Origin: an uncultured Oligoflexus sp.
Lineage (GTDB): Bacteria; Bdellovibrionota_B; Oligoflexia; Oligoflexales; Oligoflexaceae
Direction: 5' to 3'
Length of the DNA: 64,000 nucleotides
Assembly: GCA_964236955.1 (NCBI GenBank)
Contig: CAXSGP010000001.1
Span: 53,911 to 117,910 of the forward strand
This document shows, in pieces, positions 31,901 to 40,525 of this stretch; the first letter of the stretch is position 1; each line of letters starts with the position of its first letter. The notes under the pieces were generated by a model. It did not search any database and was not told the origin of the DNA. It saw only the letters and a program-made list of their open reading frames with translations. The position numbers and the translations under genes are program-made.

Positions 31901-33969
31901 ACTTCCCTGCCATCAAGGGGAATATCGAGTTCGACCCATCGATGGCCGTCCCCTACGGGCACGATAAGGCCTTGGGTTATGGCCTCACGGAGATTAGCCA
32001 CTATTACTTTCAACGGCTGGTCCGCCACGGCCGCGAGCGTCACGAGATCAAAATTCAGGCCGATGCAGGCTGCGAGCTGCAGGACGTGGCGAGTTTCAGG
32101 ACGCAGTTTTTTAATGCGCGAACTCATCAATTCGATCACATTATCAGTCATATTTGCAGCACGGATCTTTTCCAGATCCCAATCCCACATTCCCTTATCC
32201 GGATTGAAATAGAGCAGTTGGCTGGCGTAGAGGGTCCATAGGAATTCATCGGTAAAGAAGGGGTTACCCGCCGTTTTTTCCATGACGAGTTCGGCGAGGT
32301 TCTGAACTCTTTCGATCGTGCTGTAGGTGGCATCGGCGATCAGCTGGGTCACCTCGGAAAGCTCTAGGGAGAAAAGGCGCAAATGATCAACCCTGACCTC
32401 GGCGACCTTTAATTCATCAATGAACAGGTGCAGGGGATGATGTTCGCTCAATTCGTTGTCGCGATAGGAGCAGACGAATAGCAGATGATGAAGGCGCTTA
32501 TCCTGAAGGAGCATATCGATGAGCTTCATCGAGGCGCTATCGATCCACTGGAGGTCGTCAAGGTGGATAATCAGAGGATGTTCAAGCTGACAGAAGACAC
32601 CCACAAAATTACGAAAGACGAGTTTGAAGCGGTTTTCGGCTTCGGTCGGCCCAAGAACCTGATAGCCAGCCTGCGGGCCGATGATGAGTTCCACCTCGGG
32701 AATCACCTCGATCATGATCTGACCGTTGGGGCCGAGGGCTAAGAGCAGCTTTTCCTTCCAGTTGGCTAGCCCCTGCTCGCTCTCACCGAGGACTTGCCTG
32801 ATGAGTTCGCGAAAGGCATCGACAAATGCTGAATAGGGAATGCTGCGGCGGAACGCATCGAACTTGCCGCTGATGAAATGCCCGCCGAGAGCTGCCACCG
32901 GTTTCTGCATGCCCCGGATGAGCGAGGTCTTGCCCACTCCGGAGTAGCCCGAGACAAAGCAGAGTTCGCGACCACCCTCGCGGCAGCGCCCGAGGACGCG
33001 GGACATCGCTGCTGCTTCTTTCTGCCGGCCATAGAGAGTTTCCGGAATATGAAAGCGATCGGGGATATCCTGCAGGCCCAGGGGAAATTTATCGATTTTC
33101 TGAGTGTCGCGCAGAGAGCGAAAGATTTTTTGCAGATCCTGGACGATACCCCAGGCACTCTGATAGCGATCTTCAGCATTTTTACTGAGCAGGCGCAAAA
33201 TAAGATCCGATAGGATCTCAGGAATCTGGGGTGTCAGATTTCGAGGTGGCAGGGGCTTTTTAGCGATATGAAAATGAATGAGGCGAAGCGCATCATCGGC
33301 CTCAAAGGGCAAGCGGCCCGTAAACAACTCGTAGAGGGTAACACCAAAGGAATAGAAATCACTGCGATAGTCCAGGTATCGGTTCATGCGTCCGGTCTGT
33401 TCGGGCGACATATAAGGCAGACTACCTTCGGTTATGCCATGGGTATGGGGATGGGCCTGCTCACGAAGCAGGCAGCTTGAGATCCCGAAATCTATGACAC
33501 GGACCTCACCATTGCCTCGGTCATAGAGGATATTGCTGGGATTGATGTCCTTGTGAATAATATTTTTCGAATGAATTTCCACCAGAGCGCGGGCCACTTT
33601 CTGCGCGACGTCCAAACCTTCAAGCAGGGCCAGCGGCGACTCATTCAGCAGTCGGGCCAGCGACGTTCCGCCACAATCTTCAAAGACCAGCATGGGGGAG
33701 CTAAGATGTTTATCGAAAGCCAGAGCTGTGGGCGTACACTTGAGTTTATTTTCGCTGAGTATGTTCCATTGATTTTTGTAGCGAGCGATTTCACTCCGTT
33801 CCTGAAAGCCATCCTGTAAGATTTTGAGGATCACCTTTTTGCGGTCGGATGTCCGCTGAGCCTTAAAGATATGACTCCTTGTGCCTTCAAAGATACGGAC
33901 CAGTTGGGTATACCCCGGCACCTCTTCCTGCGGGCTTTGATAGGAATTCAATGATTTTGCCAATGCCAT
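28981..33969 (-). CDS. Ser/Thr kinase - AAA ATPase - helical repeat - GAF - GGDEF diguanylate cyclase
   Basis: HKDINPSN, DFG, SPE; GYSGVGKT, LDDLQW; GAF (GLLYLEN); DIDHFKKFND, RKSD I-site, GGEEM. Confidence 0.93.
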   Translation of the reverse strand: MALAKSLNSYQSPQEEVPGYTQLVRIFEGTRSHIFKAQRTSDRKKVILKILQDGFQERSEIARYKNQWNILSENKLKCTPTALAFDKHLSSPMLVFEDCGGTSLARLLNESPLALLEGLDVAQKVARALVEIHSKNIIHKDINPSNILYDRGNGEVRVIDFGISSCLLREQAHPHTHGITEGSLPYMSPEQTGRMNRYLDYRSDFYSFGVTLYELFTGRLPFEADDALRLIHFHIAKKPLPPRNLTPQIPEILSDLILRLLSKNAEDRYQSAWGIVQDLQKIFRSLRDTQKIDKFPLGLQDIPDRFHIPETLYGRQKEAAAMSRVLGRCREGGRELCFVSGYSGVGKTSLIRGMQKPVAALGGHFISGKFDAFRRSIPYSAFVDAFRELIRQVLGESEQGLANWKEKLLLALGPNGQIMIEVIPEVELIIGPQAGYQVLGPTEAENRFKLVFRNFVGVFCQLEHPLIIHLDDLQWIDSASMKLIDMLLQDKRLHHLLFVCSYRDNELSEHHPLHLFIDELKVAEVRVDHLRLFSLELSEVTQLIADATYSTIERVQNLAELVMEKTAGNPFFTDEFLWTLYASQLLYFNPDKGMWDWDLEKIRAANMTDNVIELMSSRIKKLRPETRHVLQLAACIGLNFDLVTLAAVADQPLKVIVANLREAITQGLIVPVGDGHRWVELDIPLDGREVTVEYQFGHDRIQQAAYDLIPDEERILVRHRVGCTLIKLHKKDRLDAYVFAIVNHLNASTAYLQTEAERLELMALNLHAARKAKASAAYQTSLEYLQAALQLEKAEDWQSSYDLVLSTYREAAEVAFLNRAYDTMKVYVDKALSHGRTLLEKIPAYETLVHAAISRNDMQEAITIGKRILRELDISIPQNPSMLRVASSLLLTKWKLRGFTQDQLLELPAMKDPIELARMHFLYSMAQALFFFFPKQIPLITSRLVRKTLKHGNSSTSALAYTTYGMIMAAMVGDVKEGYRLGELGIKLFDRMKAKEIEAATLVCFNMFIRPWKDHVRLTMAPLLQAHQAGLDGGDFEFAAHAAAGYCNRSFFTGSELKAFSTELMKFTQVIEQLGQRVDEDQIKVLHQMVINFSEPRPVPYNLRGDTFDEERMLAIYERNHDRGGLFNTYFYKLILAFHFDAFHEAVKFARLAEPHFKVAMGTLSGAVFYYYYALAEIQLWDRAKSEERSRIKATVKKVLAKYEKWIKTAPMNFQHKYDLIKAEWQGIRGKPYEAQTLYDRAIAGSRTEQYLQDEAVANELTAKFHLRHGRHTAANAYMKRAGYNYRRWGADAKVRQLEERFPQMLTSSSGDRSLTGSLATMSSSTIDITTLKRALLAIAEENVHSRMLEKIISSAIEFAGAQKGVLILRKDGEFFIEGESSIDHDQPRVLQSTAVDHSHSVSRMVVNFVKRSRKGLVIDNASETQDLLPGLHNEPYVRDGHILSLLCIPITVGIGAEAQIVGLLYLENNRASGTFTSERIETLEIICLAAAGRLELSVKAATDGLTGLFNHDYFQNMFEQELLQSQRQLRNLSLLLIDIDHFKKFNDQWGHQIGDLVLKKVAQSIRDTCRKSDVVSRYGGEEMAVILPETNSEMGLLVAERIRKNVESLAIPHGENLLTVTISLGLSSLTDGLRDKAALIEKADEAMYKSKREGRNRVTVA

Positions 33970-34000
33970 GTCAAGCTCCGCCTGTTCGTAGGTCTTCTCG

Positions 34001-34027
34001 CTATCGGAGTTTAGTACGGAGCCTTTA
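34001..34027 (-). promoter_or_regulatory. Putative sigma28/FliA-type promoter
   Basis: TAAAG-N14-TCCGATAG, 31 nt before the ATG. Confidence 0.7.
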
Positions 34028-34222
34028 AAAATTTCCCGGCCGAAACAGTCCGGGGAGGAGCGCGGCGCTTTGAATGATCGGCAAAAACCGCGAAGTCCCC
34101 ATGGGGTCGCCAGGACTTAGCCGAAGTCACTGAAGTCTTGCCGCAACTTCAGAGCTTTGCTAGGCTAGACTGGTTCGCGTATCCTTATAGCCATTTCGTA
34201 TTGCTCGCTTTCGAGGATTTCT

Positions 34223-35596
34223 ATGCAAGATACCCTGATTGAAATGGGCCGTTCCCCACTCGCTCGCAACGTCCTCAAGCGAATCGGAATCAAGCCGCCC
34301 CCCCAGCTCATTCGATCCTACCGACCCTGGTCGGACGAACTCCTGCAGGGCAAACATATTTTGCTGAGTTCAAGCGAGCGCCTTTCGCTCGTTGTCGCGC
34401 CTTTTCTACAAAAGCAAAAAGCCACTATTGCCTATGAGGGCGGTGACGCGACACGCAAACTCAAGGATGCCAACACCAGCATGCTGAAGGTTTTCCAAGG
34501 CACGGTTTTTGACGCGACCCATATTCATAAGCTTGGTGATCTCAAGACGCTTTATACCTTTTTTCATGGCTTAAGAGGGCAGCTCGGCTTCAACCACCGC
34601 ATCGTGATCCTGGGCGCTCAAGGCCAAAGTCCCGTGGCACAGGCGATCCATAGCGCGGTTGGCAGTTTCGCGCGCAGCCTGTCCCGGGAGATGGGGCCAA
34701 AAGGCATCAACGTCAATGTCCTGGTGCTGGGTGAGGGCGAAGGTCTTTTGGAGCGCGCCCTGCCGGTCCTGAGCTTTTTCCTTTCCGACTTTTGCGCCTT
34801 TGTCACAGGTCAGGTCATTCCCCTAAGTCTGCAGATCCGGGACCTTCCCCTGCCTCCCCTAGCGGGATCGCTCGCGGGAAAACGGGCCTTGGTGACGGGA
34901 GCGGCACAGGGCATAGGCTATGCAATCTGCCGCCGGCTAGCGGAAGAGGGCGCGCATGTCATGTGCCTGGATCGGCCGCAAAACGAAGAAGCCCTACGGG
35001 AGTTAAGCCTGGAAATAGAGGGTGAGTACCTTTTATCGACGATTGGTCAGGACCACGACCAACTCATCGAAAGGCTTACGAGTCAAGATTCAAAACTTGA
35101 TATCATCGTTCATAATGCAGGAATCACGCGCGACCGCACCCTTTTGGGCATGAGCGAAAGGGAATGGGACGATGTCTTAAACATCAACCTCGAAGCTGTC
35201 GTCGATATCACGACCCGGGTTTTACATCGGGGTATGCTCGCCAGCGGTGGTCGTATCATCTGCCTCGCATCTGTGGTCGGCATTTCCGGAAATTTTGGCC
35301 AGACCAATTATTCGACCTCGAAAGCCGGGCTGATCGGTTATGTGCACGGTCTAGCCGAGCATCTGCAGCGGGAAGGCGCAACCGCGAATGCCGTGGCACC
35401 CGGATTTATCGAAACCAGCATGACGGCAAAAATCCCCTTTGTTACCAAACAATTTGTCCGACGCATGTCGAGTCTGGTCCAGGGCGGACAACCCGATGAT
35501 GTTGCCGACATGGTCAGCTTCCTTGCCAGCCCCTGCTCTCAAAGTATCAATGGTCAGGTGCTGAGAGTCTGTGGCGGAAGTTTTCTCGGCGCCTGA
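34223..35596 (+). CDS. High-molecular-weight 3-oxoacyl reductase (FabG4-like SDR)
   Basis: Degenerate N-terminal domain plus TGAAQGIG, HNAGITRD, NYSTSK. Confidence 0.88.
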   Translation: MQDTLIEMGRSPLARNVLKRIGIKPPPQLIRSYRPWSDELLQGKHILLSSSERLSLVVAPFLQKQKATIAYEGGDATRKLKDANTSMLKVFQGTVFDATHIHKLGDLKTLYTFFHGLRGQLGFNHRIVILGAQGQSPVAQAIHSAVGSFARSLSREMGPKGINVNVLVLGEGEGLLERALPVLSFFLSDFCAFVTGQVIPLSLQIRDLPLPPLAGSLAGKRALVTGAAQGIGYAICRRLAEEGAHVMCLDRPQNEEALRELSLEIEGEYLLSTIGQDHDQLIERLTSQDSKLDIIVHNAGITRDRTLLGMSEREWDDVLNINLEAVVDITTRVLHRGMLASGGRIICLASVVGISGNFGQTNYSTSKAGLIGYVHGLAEHLQREGATANAVAPGFIETSMTAKIPFVTKQFVRRMSSLVQGGQPDDVADMVSFLASPCSQSINGQVLRVCGGSFLGA

Positions 35597-35770
35597 TATT
35601 TTGGTGAAAAATGCCTTCAGGTCATGCGAAATAAATGAATTCCCCCGATTGGCCATACCTGACCCCAAGTATGGTTTATCTATCCCCTTATAAGCACTCA
35701 TCTATAAAGAATTATTCAAGGTCTTTCCCAAGCTTGTCCGAAACACTTGATAGTTATGGAGGAAAAAGCC

Positions 35771-36571
35771 TTGAAAGCAAAATTACCAAAAAACATCATC
35801 CTTGCGCTTACCATCAGTGGCATTTCGTTGGGATGCGGTAAAGAATATAAAGCCAGCTACCGTCTTTCTAGAACAGGAGGTGCGGAAGCGAAGACCGATG
35901 TCAAACGCATACCCGTAAACTTCAAACTTCCGAGTCGTTCGGAAGACCCCGCCCTGACAACAGCTCTCACGGGCTACTATTACCGGCTCCAGGGTAGCGG
36001 AGAGCACTGTCCAAGCGGGGAACTTAAAGAGGATATTGGCGCCTATGAAGACGATAAGGAATTTATTCTACGTCTGTCGAGTGTCTGTGACTACTCGGTA
36101 ACGATCAAACTCGGAGAACTGGCCAGCCCGGCCTTTGCCCTTGGCGCTAAGTTAAACTACAACGACAGCATTAAGGATCTCATCGGCAAAAACTGCGTTG
36201 CCTGTCATGAAAGCTATGGGAATTATGCTGAAGTCGTCGCCAAAGGCGATCTGATCATAGCTCGCGCAGAGTCGGGGACAATGCCACCCACCGGGTCCTT
36301 AAGTTCCTTTGAGATTGCGCAGCTCTTAGCATGGAAAGACGAGGGTTATATAGAGAAAGATCCCTCACCTCAGCCAAGCGCCCGGGAAAACGGCCTCAAA
36401 GAGGTTTACTACCGTAATAACAATAACGACTCTCTTAAAGGCGTAGAACTTCTGACCCGCACTCAGTACGAACTGAGACGCTCCCTGTGGCTTCAAGCTG
36501 AGGGCGAGGAAAAAGGTCTAAAAGTGAATGAGATATTAAGTTTCGGTCAGGAAGACATCAAGGCTCCCTGA
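35771..36571 (+). CDS. Lipoprotein with embedded monoheme cytochrome c-like domain
   Basis: TTG after GGAGG; lipobox SLGC; CVACH; MPP. Confidence 0.7.
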   Translation: MKAKLPKNIILALTISGISLGCGKEYKASYRLSRTGGAEAKTDVKRIPVNFKLPSRSEDPALTTALTGYYYRLQGSGEHCPSGELKEDIGAYEDDKEFILRLSSVCDYSVTIKLGELASPAFALGAKLNYNDSIKDLIGKNCVACHESYGNYAEVVAKGDLIIARAESGTMPPTGSLSSFEIAQLLAWKDEGYIEKDPSPQPSARENGLKEVYYRNNNNDSLKGVELLTRTQYELRRSLWLQAEGEEKGLKVNEILSFGQEDIKAP

Positions 36572-36804
36572 GCATCTGCGGGAGGCTGATTCAAGGTCTC
36601 CCTTTGCCTTATACTTTTCCCGCTTTTGCCCCTGCAGGATCCCCGTGGCCTCCCGTCGCATCCAGTCGATTATTTTCCATAAAGGTCAGATGAAGCCTAG
36701 ATGTACCTATGCTATAAATGCTAAAGGACTGGCAAGTGCTTTGTTCCAGAGTTATAGAGACAAGATGAGACTGAAGTGACTGAGACAAAGCCCAAGGGGG
36801 AATT

Positions 36805-37212
36805 ATGTATTTCGCTGAAACGGATGGCATTGGCGTGTCGGTTGAGCCCCATTTTATTGCTAAAGAAAGCAACAGTGGCGTCGATTATTTTATTTATTCC
36901 TATACGATCACCCTGAAAAATAATGGCAAACAAAACTGTCAGTTGCTCAGCCGACATTGGATTATTCGTGACGGCCAGGGGCGCGAAGAACACGTCGTCG
37001 GCGACGGAGTGGTGGGGAAACAGCCTTTAATCAAACCGGGCGAAAGTTATTCTTATCGAAGTGGCTGTCCCCTGGCCACCCCAACGGGCAGCATGCGCGG
37101 CAACTATGCAATGCAGGATGCACGCAGTCGTAAATTTGAAATCAAGATCCCTTTATTCTTTTTACGACCCGACTGTGCTCGTTATGAGTCTGGCGCAAGC
37201 GCCTTAAATTGA
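36805..37212 (+). CDS. apaG: ApaG protein
   Basis: QLLSRHWII, VVGDGVVGKQP, YRSGCPL.TP.GSMRG. Confidence 0.95.
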   Translation: MYFAETDGIGVSVEPHFIAKESNSGVDYFIYSYTITLKNNGKQNCQLLSRHWIIRDGQGREEHVVGDGVVGKQPLIKPGESYSYRSGCPLATPTGSMRGNYAMQDARSRKFEIKIPLFFLRPDCARYESGASALN

Positions 37213-37851
37213 AACGTTATAGCTGACCGAAAGTTCCCGCTCAAAGGGTTCGATAGCGGGTGCATATTTGTAGTGGTACATCTCATATTCAGCCATAAAA
37301 TACATGGCAGGACTCAAGCGCAGTCCAAGGCCTACCCCGGAATGCGGCTTGTAGGTCGGAACCTCTGTGAGCTTCTCTGCCGGCCGTCCAGCCTCTTCCT
37401 TGGCGACCATACGCTGCCGGGCTGTCACTCCGATTTTAATGCGCAAGATAAAGATGGAAAAACTGGGGTCCAGCATAAGGGAAAACTTGCCAACCCGCTG
37501 TGTCTCGGTCAACTTCATCGTGTTTTCTGGATTGGAAGTATCCATATTAAAATCTTTCTTGTAGTCGATCTCGGCATATTCATCCACGGCTTCCGAAGTT
37601 TTTTGAGTGCTTGTCGTTGTGCTCTGACCCACCGACAGCTGAGTCCTAAAAAGCCGCCAAAAGCTCAAGGAAGCTCGAACGCCGTACTCTTGACGCTGCC
37701 TGATAGACTCCTTTTCGGAATTATTTTTACCGGGTGTAACGCTCTTCGTCGATTTGATGCTGAGGTAGGGTGCAATTTCAATCCCGCCGTAGGCCATCGG
37801 CATCAGGGCCAGAGCAAAGGCCAAACATGCGAAAGTATTGGAAATTTTCAT
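37204..37851 (-). CDS. Small outer-membrane beta-barrel protein
   Basis: Signal peptide, amphipathic strands, terminal VSYNVSI. Confidence 0.65.
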   Translation of the reverse strand: MKISNTFACLAFALALMPMAYGGIEIAPYLSIKSTKSVTPGKNNSEKESIRQRQEYGVRASLSFWRLFRTQLSVGQSTTTSTQKTSEAVDEYAEIDYKKDFNMDTSNPENTMKLTETQRVGKFSLMLDPSFSIFILRIKIGVTARQRMVAKEEAGRPAEKLTEVPTYKPHSGVGLGLRLSPAMYFMAEYEMYHYKYAPAIEPFERELSVSYNVSI

Positions 37852-37883
37852 TTTTCACCTCAATCGTAATGATCCTCTCCATT

Positions 37884-37910
37884 CTATCGGCAGTGATTTT
37901 GCGAACTTGA
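37884..37910 (-). promoter_or_regulatory. Putative sigma28/FliA-type promoter
   Basis: TCAAG-N14-GCCGATAG. Confidence 0.7.
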
Positions 37911-38006
37911 GTCCCTTATCCAAGCTTGCTCTCTGCACGCGGAAAAGCTTGCTCCGAATCAGGCCGTCCATTAAGACTAAATCCCGATTCTTCGTAGGAG
38001 GACACT

Positions 38007-38783
38007 ATGAACGCACGCATACTCATTTACCCTGCCCTTGCCGCCGCAGCCGCGACTATACTGTCGGGTTTTTTAGAAAAGTCCTCGATTGCTTTTGCCT
38101 TGAGCTGCTTGGTCTTTGGTCTGCTTCTTTTTATCCTGGTCGCTCTTCGCCGAAGACCCGAAACGCCACACATCCCGAGTGAATTCAGTGCAAAGATCGC
38201 GAACCTTGAGAATCTGGCTCAACGCCAGCAAAAACTCATCGCTGAACGCGACGACCTCATTAAGCTCCTGCAGACGGAAATCAACGAGTCCGCCTCCCAG
38301 GCCAGTCAACACAATGCCCAGACCCTGGCCTATGAGGCCGCTTTGAAGAAGGCGCAACGGGCCCTCGAACAAAGTCAGGGTGCGGACGAGCAGGCTGTCG
38401 TACAATTTATTCGCAATCTGCAAAAACGTGGTCGTTTCCTCGATTTCATCATGGCTGATATTCATAAGCTAGGCGATCAGCAGGTCGGTTCAGCGTCGCG
38501 AGTTGTGCATCAGGGACTACGAGAAATGATGGATGACTATTTTGCAGTTAAGCCGGTGGCCATAGCGGAAGAGGGCAGCCTAATTGCAATCCCCAAAGCA
38601 GACTTGGGTCAAAGCTATCAGCTGCTGCACAGTCGCGGCGATGAACTTCCACTCGAAGGCCGTTTATTGCATAAAGGTTGGCAAGCCAGTCATCTGAAGC
38701 TGCCGCAAAGTCAAAAGCTGGAGGCTACGCATACAAGGCTGGTCTTAGCCCCCGCTGAAATCGATGTAGGAGAAAGCAACTGA
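38007..38783 (+). CDS. DUF2760-family protein (2 TM, coiled coil, GrpE-like C-terminus)
   Basis: LQKRGRFLDF, DQQVGSASRVVHQG, HKGW, LAPAEIDV. Confidence 0.85.
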   Translation: MNARILIYPALAAAAATILSGFLEKSSIAFALSCLVFGLLLFILVALRRRPETPHIPSEFSAKIANLENLAQRQQKLIAERDDLIKLLQTEINESASQASQHNAQTLAYEAALKKAQRALEQSQGADEQAVVQFIRNLQKRGRFLDFIMADIHKLGDQQVGSASRVVHQGLREMMDDYFAVKPVAIAEEGSLIAIPKADLGQSYQLLHSRGDELPLEGRLLHKGWQASHLKLPQSQKLEATHTRLVLAPAEIDVGESN

Positions 38784-40525
38784 TGGGGATAGTCATCGGT
38801 ATCGATCTTGGAACATCACACTCAAGCCTTGCCACGGTGGGCGCCGATTCGAAGGCTCATCTCCTGAGTATTCCGCAGCTCAGCGGCGCCCAAGAAACGG
38901 TGGAGGCTGATCTTTTGCCTTCCGTCTATTTCGATAATTTTGAATATAAAGAATTGCGTCTCCCCTGGGCTGAGAATCCGGAAATACTAGGGATATTTGC
39001 CCGTGAACTTGCTGCCGGCAATCCTGAAAGAGCCATAGTGTCAGCCAAATCGTGGCTCTGCTATAAAGGTGAACTTTGCCTAACGCCCGATGGTAAGGGC
39101 CAAGGCAAAACTGCGAAAGACGTCTCGACCCTTCTCCTGGCCCACCTTATAAAGGCTTGGGAATGGCAAAGCAGTCAATCCCTTGCCGACGTGGAGGCGA
39201 TTGCGTTGACCGTGCCGGCATCTTTTGATCCTTTGGCCCGGCAATTGACTGAGGAAGCCGCCCGTGCCGCTGGCATAGTCAATCCCATTCTTATTGAAGA
39301 GCCCCTTGCGGCTTTTTATTCTTGGTTAGCTCAGAATAATGACTGGAATAAAAAACTCAAGGTTGGTGATAGCGTCCTCGTCTGTGACGTCGGTGGCGGT
39401 ACCTGCGATTTCAGCCTAATCGTCGTTGAGGAAATCGAGGGAGAGTTGCATCTCGACCGCATCGCCGTCGGCAGGCATCTCCTTTTGGGGGGGGACAACA
39501 TGGACCTCGCCCTTGCCCATTATCTCGCAAAGAAACATGGCCAGCTCGATTCCTGGCAGTTCATAAGTCTGCAGCGCGAGGTCCGCAAGGCCAAAGAATT
39601 TTTACTTTCGTCCGGCGCGGAGGCAAGCTATCCAATCAGTGTCAGCAGTCGCGGCAGTTCGCTTTTTGCCAAAGCGGTTACGCTTGAACTTAACCGCGGT
39701 GAGGTCGCGGCATTTTTGCTTGAAGGTTTTTTCCCACAGGTGGCGGAAAATATCCAAATCCAGAGAAGCCGCGGACTTCAGGCTATGGGCCTTCCCTACG
39801 AACAGGATCCGGCCGTCACCAAACATCTCGCCGGTTTCTTAAGGCAGGCGCAGAAAAACGCCAGGACGCATAGCCCGGCTTCAACTCTAGATCCGGAAGC
39901 GTCCACGTTTCGGCCTACGCACGTCCTCTTCAACGGTGGCGTTTTTAAAGCCAGTCTCCTGCAGGAGCGGATCGTCAGCTGCCTTGAGCAATGGTCAGGC
40001 CGTCCGGTGACCCTCCTTGATAATCCGGATCTTGATCATGCCGTCACCCTTGGGGCTGCCTATTACGCGGCATGGAAGGTTACCGGCAATCCCTTGCGCG
40101 TTCGCACGTCTGCTTCCCGCTCTTATTTTATAGGGCTCGAGGCGAATCAGCTTGCCGTTCCGGGCATGAAACCGAGACTGCAGGGTCTCTGCGTGCTTCC
40201 GCAGGGTACCGACGAAGGGTCGGAATATGGTCTTAACGATCAGGAATTCGCCCTCTGGGGAGGCGATCAGGTAAATTTTCAGCTTTTTTCCTCAGCGGAA
40301 CGCGCCGATCTCGGCAGCCTGGTTGCCAATGCCGAAAAAGACCTGGAATCCGTTGCCGAACTCAGCTGTCAGATCGATGACAATGGCGAGGGACCCATAG
40401 CCGTATTTCTGCAGAGTGATTATGATGAAACGGGCAAACTTCGCGTGGCGATACGCGAACGTGGGGGCGACCGGCGTTGGGATCTGAACTTTCAGCTTCG
40501 TGACGAGAAAGTGAGAGCGAGATGA
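38783..40525 (+). CDS. Atypical Hsp70/DnaK-related protein
   Basis: GIDLGT, TVPASFD, EEPLAA, DVGGGT, LGGDNMD. Confidence 0.9.
   Translation: MGIVIGIDLGTSHSSLATVGADSKAHLLSIPQLSGAQETVEADLLPSVYFDNFEYKELRLPWAENPEILGIFARELAAGNPERAIVSAKSWLCYKGELCLTPDGKGQGKTAKDVSTLLLAHLIKAWEWQSSQSLADVEAIALTVPASFDPLARQLTEEAARAAGIVNPILIEEPLAAFYSWLAQNNDWNKKLKVGDSVLVCDVGGGTCDFSLIVVEEIEGELHLDRIAVGRHLLLGGDNMDLALAHYLAKKHGQLDSWQFISLQREVRKAKEFLLSSGAEASYPISVSSRGSSLFAKAVTLELNRGEVAAFLLEGFFPQVAENIQIQRSRGLQAMGLPYEQDPAVTKHLAGFLRQAQKNARTHSPASTLDPEASTFRPTHVLFNGGVFKASLLQERIVSCLEQWSGRPVTLLDNPDLDHAVTLGAAYYAAWKVTGNPLRVRTSASRSYFIGLEANQLAVPGMKPRLQGLCVLPQGTDEGSEYGLNDQEFALWGGDQVNFQLFSSAERADLGSLVANAEKDLESVAELSCQIDDNGEGPIAVFLQSDYDETGKLRVAIRERGGDRRWDLNFQLRDEKVRAR

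Noticed and set aside
35716..35743. TCAAG...TCCGAAA as a FliA promoter
   Set aside because: Spacer is 16 nt versus 14 in the others.
36729..36745. CTGGCAAGTGCTTTGT as a sigma54 promoter for apaG
   Set aside because: The -12 element is GT, not GC.
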